Shown: positions 32,642 through 37,048 of the stretch, one piece after another
Layout: each line of letters opens with the position of its first letter
Numbering within the stretch: the stretch's first letter is position 1
Assembly (NCBI GenBank): GCA_030638785.1
Contig: DAOWDY010000212.1
Span: 1 to 37,048 of the forward strand
Reading direction: 5' to 3'
DNA length: 37,048 bases
DNA from: Candidatus Thorarchaeota archaeon
GTDB lineage: Archaea; Asgardarchaeota; Thorarchaeia; Thorarchaeales; Thorarchaeaceae
Notes under the pieces: generated by a model
What the model was told of the DNA's origin: nothing
The model's database searches: none
What the model saw: only the letters and a program-made list of their open reading frames with translations
Translations under genes and position numbers: made by a program

Positions 32642-34132
32642 TCATGGCAATTCTAGGAACAACTTCAATTCGTTTCTAAGATATGCCATACTCGGATCCT
32701 TTCCAATCTCTCGAATCTTGTAAACTAATTCTTCTAGCTCCGTTTCATCATTTCGTGCAAGAGCGACCTTTGCCTTCATTAGTAGAACCATAGCTGAGAT
32801 TCCGGGCAGACTATCCTTGACTGCCTTATCCTCAAGAAATTGAAGCCACGGGTTCTCGAATCCGTTTAAGACCTCTCCTGAAGATGAAACCAATACTGCT
32901 ACATCAAGTTGAGCCAGGTGTTGCAAGAAAATGAGATGATTATCAAGCGTACCTTTCCTTTCGTAAATCTCGAGTGCTTCTTCCAAGCTTTTTGACGCCG
33001 ATTCAGTATCTCCCTGAACTAACTCATAGACTCCTGTTACAAAAGATAACCATGCAAGAAGTATCTCAACCCCAGACTTTAGAATAAGTTCTCGTGTGGA
33101 GTCAATAAGGTCAAGGGCTTCATCATACCTCTTCAGGAGAATCAACGACCAGGCTCTGTTTAATTGACCTCGCGGTTTTACCGTCGGAGAAGCGTGTGCT
33201 TCAGCTTCAGCAAGTCTTGCCCATTCTATAGCTGTTTCTGGTTCTGATATCGCGTTGTAGTAAGTCGAGAGCACAATGGCGTATACGGCTGTCGATAAAT
33301 CCAAAGATTGTCTGATTCTAATGACTTCCAAGATGCGTTCGATTGCAAGATTATATTCACCACGTACAGCATCAATCCGAGCAAGGTAGAACAAGATTGA
33401 CGCCATCCCTGCCTTATTCCCTATATCTTTCATGATGCGATATGCCTTCATTAGAGAATTTCTAGCCTCAACCAAGTCAGTAGTCTGTAAGTAGTCAAAT
33501 AGGAATCTCAAATGATATGCTAACCTTACGATGTCGTCACACTTTTGTGCGCTCTCAATCGCAAGTGTGATGCATCGAAGTGCCTCTTCAGTATCACCAT
33601 CTCTTGATGCTTTTTCCCTCATACAATCATATAGAATGTTCTCAAAGAATTCGTATTCAGGAGAGCTCTGAATTAATCCCTCCAATACATCCAGATTGGC
33701 TGTGTTGTAGAGCGTCTTTGGGTATTGAAGCAAATCTATTTCAAATTTCAGGAATCTCATCTCGATCTCGAGCCAGGTGGGAGGATTAGCAGCGAGCACA
33801 GCATCCACTGATTCATGAACTTTAGAAACATCATCAAGTTTACCTTGGTGTACGCTGGCATAGAAGAGATTAGGACGAAGTATTGGCATCTTACCATATT
33901 TCTTCCCGATGGCTTCGATGTTGTCCATATCAAGTAGTAAACCTGAATGGTGGATTGCGAAGTAAATCACTAAGTCAGGAACATCTTCAGTAATTACTCT
34001 CTCCTTCAAACGCATAACGAAGTCGTAATAATTTGCAGCATCATCCATTATGGTTTGCATGATTCTCCTTGATTCTTCATCCAAGAAAGGAAAGTACATT
34101 GTGATTGTACCAATTGGTTCCACTATGTTCAA
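32642..34132 (-). CDS. TPR-like alpha-solenoid protein, tandem paralog T2
   Basis: 496 aa, collinear with T1 along its full length. The start is TTG 34132 or GTG 34123, 4 nt after the T3 stop, with AGAGG Shine-Dalgarno. Confidence 0.75.
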   Translation of the reverse strand: MNIVEPIGTITMYFPFLDEESRRIMQTIMDDAANYYDFVMRLKERVITEDVPDLVIYFAIHHSGLLLDMDNIEAIGKKYGKMPILRPNLFYASVHQGKLDDVSKVHESVDAVLAANPPTWLEIEMRFLKFEIDLLQYPKTLYNTANLDVLEGLIQSSPEYEFFENILYDCMREKASRDGDTEEALRCITLAIESAQKCDDIVRLAYHLRFLFDYLQTTDLVEARNSLMKAYRIMKDIGNKAGMASILFYLARIDAVRGEYNLAIERILEVIRIRQSLDLSTAVYAIVLSTYYNAISEPETAIEWARLAEAEAHASPTVKPRGQLNRAWSLILLKRYDEALDLIDSTRELILKSGVEILLAWLSFVTGVYELVQGDTESASKSLEEALEIYERKGTLDNHLIFLQHLAQLDVAVLVSSSGEVLNGFENPWLQFLEDKAVKDSLPGISAMVLLMKAKVALARNDETELEELVYKIREIGKDPSMAYLRNELKLFLELP

Positions 34133-34136
34133 CCTC

Positions 34137-35624
34137 TTAGTGATTCAGCTTTCGCATTAAGTCTTCAGACTCTTGATGTAAGAAAGTCATACTCGCTTGT
34201 TCTGCAACCTGAATCACCTGATCTATCATAGTTCTAGCTTCTTCATATCGACCCTGTTTCATTCGATGATGTGCATTGAGGAGGATAACCTGCGCCTTAA
34301 TCCCAGGCAAGTCCTTGCTCTCTGCAATCTCTTCAAGTAATCTGAGCCAGTGTCCAGAACTGTCCGCATCCCGATTGGTTTCATCAACTTCTAAGGAGAT
34401 TACCTCAGTCTTTGCAAGATAGTAAAGGCAGACTGAATCGAGAATGGCCCTTCCTAATCTGCGATTGATATCGTAAGCCTTCTCAAAACTAACAGATGCT
34501 GCGAAATAGTCTGTCTCAGCGAATTCAACCAATCCAGTGGTGAAATAATGTTGAGCAAGAAGTGGTTCGATCCCTGACCTCAGAATATCTTCTCTCGTTC
34601 CGTCAACGATTGCCTTTGCCTTATCGATCTTACCCTGACCAGCGAGAGCCCAAGCTATCTCAAGCTTTGCTCTTGGTAGTTGTGAAACTTGATTGGCAAA
34701 TTCTGCTTCAGCTAATTCAGCCCATGTTAGACCGTTGTCATAATCCCCTGCAGCATTGAAGAGAACAGCCAAGTTTGATGCTGACATACCATAAGGCATC
34801 CCTAATGACTCCCGATTCCGAATGGCCTGAAGAGAGTATTCGATTGCTGAGTTATACTCACCTCGAATAGCATTGTTCAATCCTAATTGATGAAGCACAT
34901 TACTAAGACCTACTTTATCACCCAAAGAAGTGAGAATATCTTTCGATACGAATAGTAACTGTCGCGCAAGCTGATGATCAGCACGCTGTATCAAGGAGGC
35001 CTTGATTCTATGAAGATGTCCTTCAACAAATTCATCACAATACTCGCGAGATAGTTCTAGTGCTTTATCGTTACACCGGATAGCTTCTTCATGATTGCCC
35101 TCATTTTTTGCGAGCTGTGCCATTGTGTCAAAATATCGATATTCAAGACACTGCAACTCTGAGTTCTCTTTCAGTATAGATTCTAATTTTCCAACAGTAT
35201 CATGCGTCTTCGATTCGCTTGTGAAGTCAAAGACATCCACTTTCAATTTACTCATCAACATCTCAAATTTAATCCAAAGATTGTCTGTAGATTCAAACAC
35301 CTGATCGGCAACCTTACGTGCTTTAACCCACTGATCCTTTCCCCTAAGATAAGATCCTGCGAAGTAAAGATTGGGTTGAATGATAGATAGGTCACTATAA
35401 TTTCTGGCTATTTTATCCAGACTATCATAGTCATAGAGATGAGTGGAATGATGAACGGCAGAAAAAACTTCGAGGTTTCTCGCTTTAGAGGAACAGACTC
35501 GATCTGTTAGACGTTTTGAGAAATTACTGTAATTTTGTGCTGATTTCATTAATTCCATTATGGTCTGTTTAGTACCCGAATCGACGAATGGCAGATGGAG
35601 TGTTATTGTACCGAGAGGTTTCAT
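34137..35624 (-). CDS. TPR-like alpha-solenoid protein, tandem paralog T3 (divergent)
   Basis: Same architecture (LGTITLHLPFVD...HHS...IQPNLYFAGSYL..., LHQLGLNNAIRGEYNSAIEYSLQAIRNRE). ATG 35624 gives an N-terminus matching T1 and T2; the ORF is open to a TTG at 35693. Confidence 0.7.
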   Translation of the reverse strand: MKPLGTITLHLPFVDSGTKQTIMELMKSAQNYSNFSKRLTDRVCSSKARNLEVFSAVHHSTHLYDYDSLDKIARNYSDLSIIQPNLYFAGSYLRGKDQWVKARKVADQVFESTDNLWIKFEMLMSKLKVDVFDFTSESKTHDTVGKLESILKENSELQCLEYRYFDTMAQLAKNEGNHEEAIRCNDKALELSREYCDEFVEGHLHRIKASLIQRADHQLARQLLFVSKDILTSLGDKVGLSNVLHQLGLNNAIRGEYNSAIEYSLQAIRNRESLGMPYGMSASNLAVLFNAAGDYDNGLTWAELAEAEFANQVSQLPRAKLEIAWALAGQGKIDKAKAIVDGTREDILRSGIEPLLAQHYFTTGLVEFAETDYFAASVSFEKAYDINRRLGRAILDSVCLYYLAKTEVISLEVDETNRDADSSGHWLRLLEEIAESKDLPGIKAQVILLNAHHRMKQGRYEEARTMIDQVIQVAEQASMTFLHQESEDLMRKLNH

Positions 35625-35769
35625 AAAATCTAGCCCCCACTCGGTGACGCGACCAGCATATCTCACATCAAATGTAGATGAGTCTTTCGACAAATCAAGT
35701 TAACCAAGCCTTTTTCTTCAAGTTGCTTTTGTATGACATTAGAATATCGTGAAATAGAGAGAATCAACT

Positions 35770-36579
35770 ATGACTGATGGACAATTCATTAGACAGTTGA
35801 CAAAGGATGATTGGGAAGCCTTCGAGGTATTAGATCAGGCATCATTTCCTGATGACAGAATTATTGAAAAATTCTATATGTTGCGAATTGAGAATGAGGG
35901 CTGTTTTGGCCTCTTCGCAAACGATCAACTTGTGGGTCAGTTGATTATAGCCCTATTCGGAGACGATGCGGGGCACATTGGGCGTGTCGCTGTTGCTCCA
36001 GAGTATCGCGGAGAGGGGTATGGTTCAGTTTTAATGAAATATGCAATCGAGTGGTTCAAACAACGAGGTGGAGTCAACACTATTCATCTTTATACACCAC
36101 AAGATAACTATACAGCACAGGGTCTCTACAAGAAGTTTGGATTCGCCGTAGCTGGTACAACATGGCACCACATCGTTCCAAGAAGTTCACTCAATCCTAC
36201 AGGAAGGTATACGTGCCAAGAGATTCGGGAAGATGAGATTGAGAGAGTGGGGGAGAAATATCCTGCATTACCCGCTGGACAAATCAGACGATTCTTGACA
36301 GATGAGAGATTTCATGTTATGACACTTAAGGACAATAATGGGGATATCATCGGTGCTTGTCGCTTTACTCCTGGATTCCCGGGATGTTTCCCATACCTGA
36401 TGGACACTCCAGAAGCTTTTGATGATTTTCTCGCAGGTCTTGAACCATTCAGTCTTCCAAAATTCGATCACGTTAGAATCACCTATACAGATATGCCTGA
36501 GGTTGCAAAGATGTGTGATGCAAGAGGATATACCTTGCACCACAAGCTCTTCAAACTCACGCTTACTCTCACACAGTAG
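35770..36579 (+). CDS. GNAT-family N-acetyltransferase with an extra C-terminal domain
   Basis: IGRVAVAPEYRGEGYGSVLMKYAIEWFKQRG acetyl-CoA motif, then ~120 aa of C-terminal sequence of unknown type. Confidence 0.8.
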   Translation: MTDGQFIRQLTKDDWEAFEVLDQASFPDDRIIEKFYMLRIENEGCFGLFANDQLVGQLIIALFGDDAGHIGRVAVAPEYRGEGYGSVLMKYAIEWFKQRGGVNTIHLYTPQDNYTAQGLYKKFGFAVAGTTWHHIVPRSSLNPTGRYTCQEIREDEIERVGEKYPALPAGQIRRFLTDERFHVMTLKDNNGDIIGACRFTPGFPGCFPYLMDTPEAFDDFLAGLEPFSLPKFDHVRITYTDMPEVAKMCDARGYTLHHKLFKLTLTLTQ

Positions 36580-36625
36580 GAAATGCTAATACGGAAATGA
36601 CTGTGAACATGTCTGTGTGGACAAA

Positions 36626-36961
36626 ATGACCGAAATTAGATTTCCAGAATGTATCAAAAATCTTGCTAAAGCTAAGTTGAATTTCCCAGGGGTCACAGGT
36701 TGGGTCTCTCAGGGTAAGAATGAACAGATCGTCTTCTTCGAGATCGAGGCAGGAGGAGTTGTCACTCCACACTCCCATGGTGAACAGTATGGGTTTGTGA
36801 TTGATGGAGAGCTTGAGCTAACCATTGGTGATGATACAAGAATCTACAAGAAAGGGGATTCATACCATATCCCTGAAGGTGTTGTTCATAGCGGCGAGGT
36901 CAAAACCTTTGTTCGGGTGATGGATTTCTTTGCAGATGTTGAGAGATATCAGACAGAATGA
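36626..36961 (+). CDS. Cupin-domain protein
   Basis: HSHGEQYGFVIDGELELTIGD...GDSYHIPEGVVHSGE (cupin motifs 1 and 2). ATG at 36626 (GTG at 36617 also in frame). Confidence 0.8.
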   Translation: MTEIRFPECIKNLAKAKLNFPGVTGWVSQGKNEQIVFFEIEAGGVVTPHSHGEQYGFVIDGELELTIGDDTRIYKKGDSYHIPEGVVHSGEVKTFVRVMDFFADVERYQTE

Positions 36962-37048
36962 ATAATTGATTAGTCAATCATTTTCTAAACGGATAAGAAT
37001 AAACGTAGGATTGTTGAAAAAACTGACAACCATAGAACGCCGGGTGTA

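Noticed and set aside
1-37048. CRISPR arrays, transposons/IS elements, integrases, prophage or plasmid modules, rRNA/tRNA genes
   Set aside because: I saw no short regularly spaced direct repeats. All repeats found are gene paralogs or the single 720-bp duplication. I saw no transposase, integrase, recombinase or capsid-like translations. I could not run a covariance-model scan, so small RNAs are not formally excluded.

Overview
The window looks like a chromosomal segment of an archaeon. The evidence is a Sulfolobus-type single-OB SSB with an RGG tail, many Lrp/AsnC-type regulators, TATA-like boxes, GGAGG/GGTGA Shine-Dalgarno motifs and frequent TTG/GTG starts. It may come from an Asgard-like lineage, because Kelch, LRR, WGR, SCP2, TPR and clan-CD (C25) peptidase domains are all present; that assignment is inference only. 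I support about 36 protein-coding genes. I found no rRNA, tRNA, CRISPR array, transposase or integrase.

The window is dominated by local paralogy:
- Five paralogous ~305-330 aa 'tandem-Lrp' proteins, each with two HTH+RAM-like modules in one chain.
- Three paralogous small membrane-anchored acidic peptides. Two sit in a 720-bp tandem DNA duplication. Each peptide locus lies upstream of a tandem-Lrp gene and is separated from it by a hairpin whose arms differ in sequence between copies while pairing is kept.
- Three tandem paralogous ~500 aa TPR-like solenoid proteins.
- An SSB-type OB fold that recurs fused to a GNAT acetyltransferase.

Other notable content is a large N-glycosylation-sequon-rich gingipain-like (C25) surface peptidase directly downstream of one peptide/tandem-Lrp cassette, and a tightly coupled 7-gene minus-strand redox operon (PadR, FixC/GGR-like flavoprotein, FixX-type ferredoxin, two FAD oxidases, a CCG Fe-S subunit, SCP2). 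There is also a stand-alone WGR protein and an orphan 6-TM histidine kinase.

The most system-like candidate is the cassette of small exported peptide, tandem-Lrp regulator and C25 peptidase, possibly with the TPR triad. Its function is hypothesis only. All calls come from reading the translations and DNA by eye; no database searches were run.
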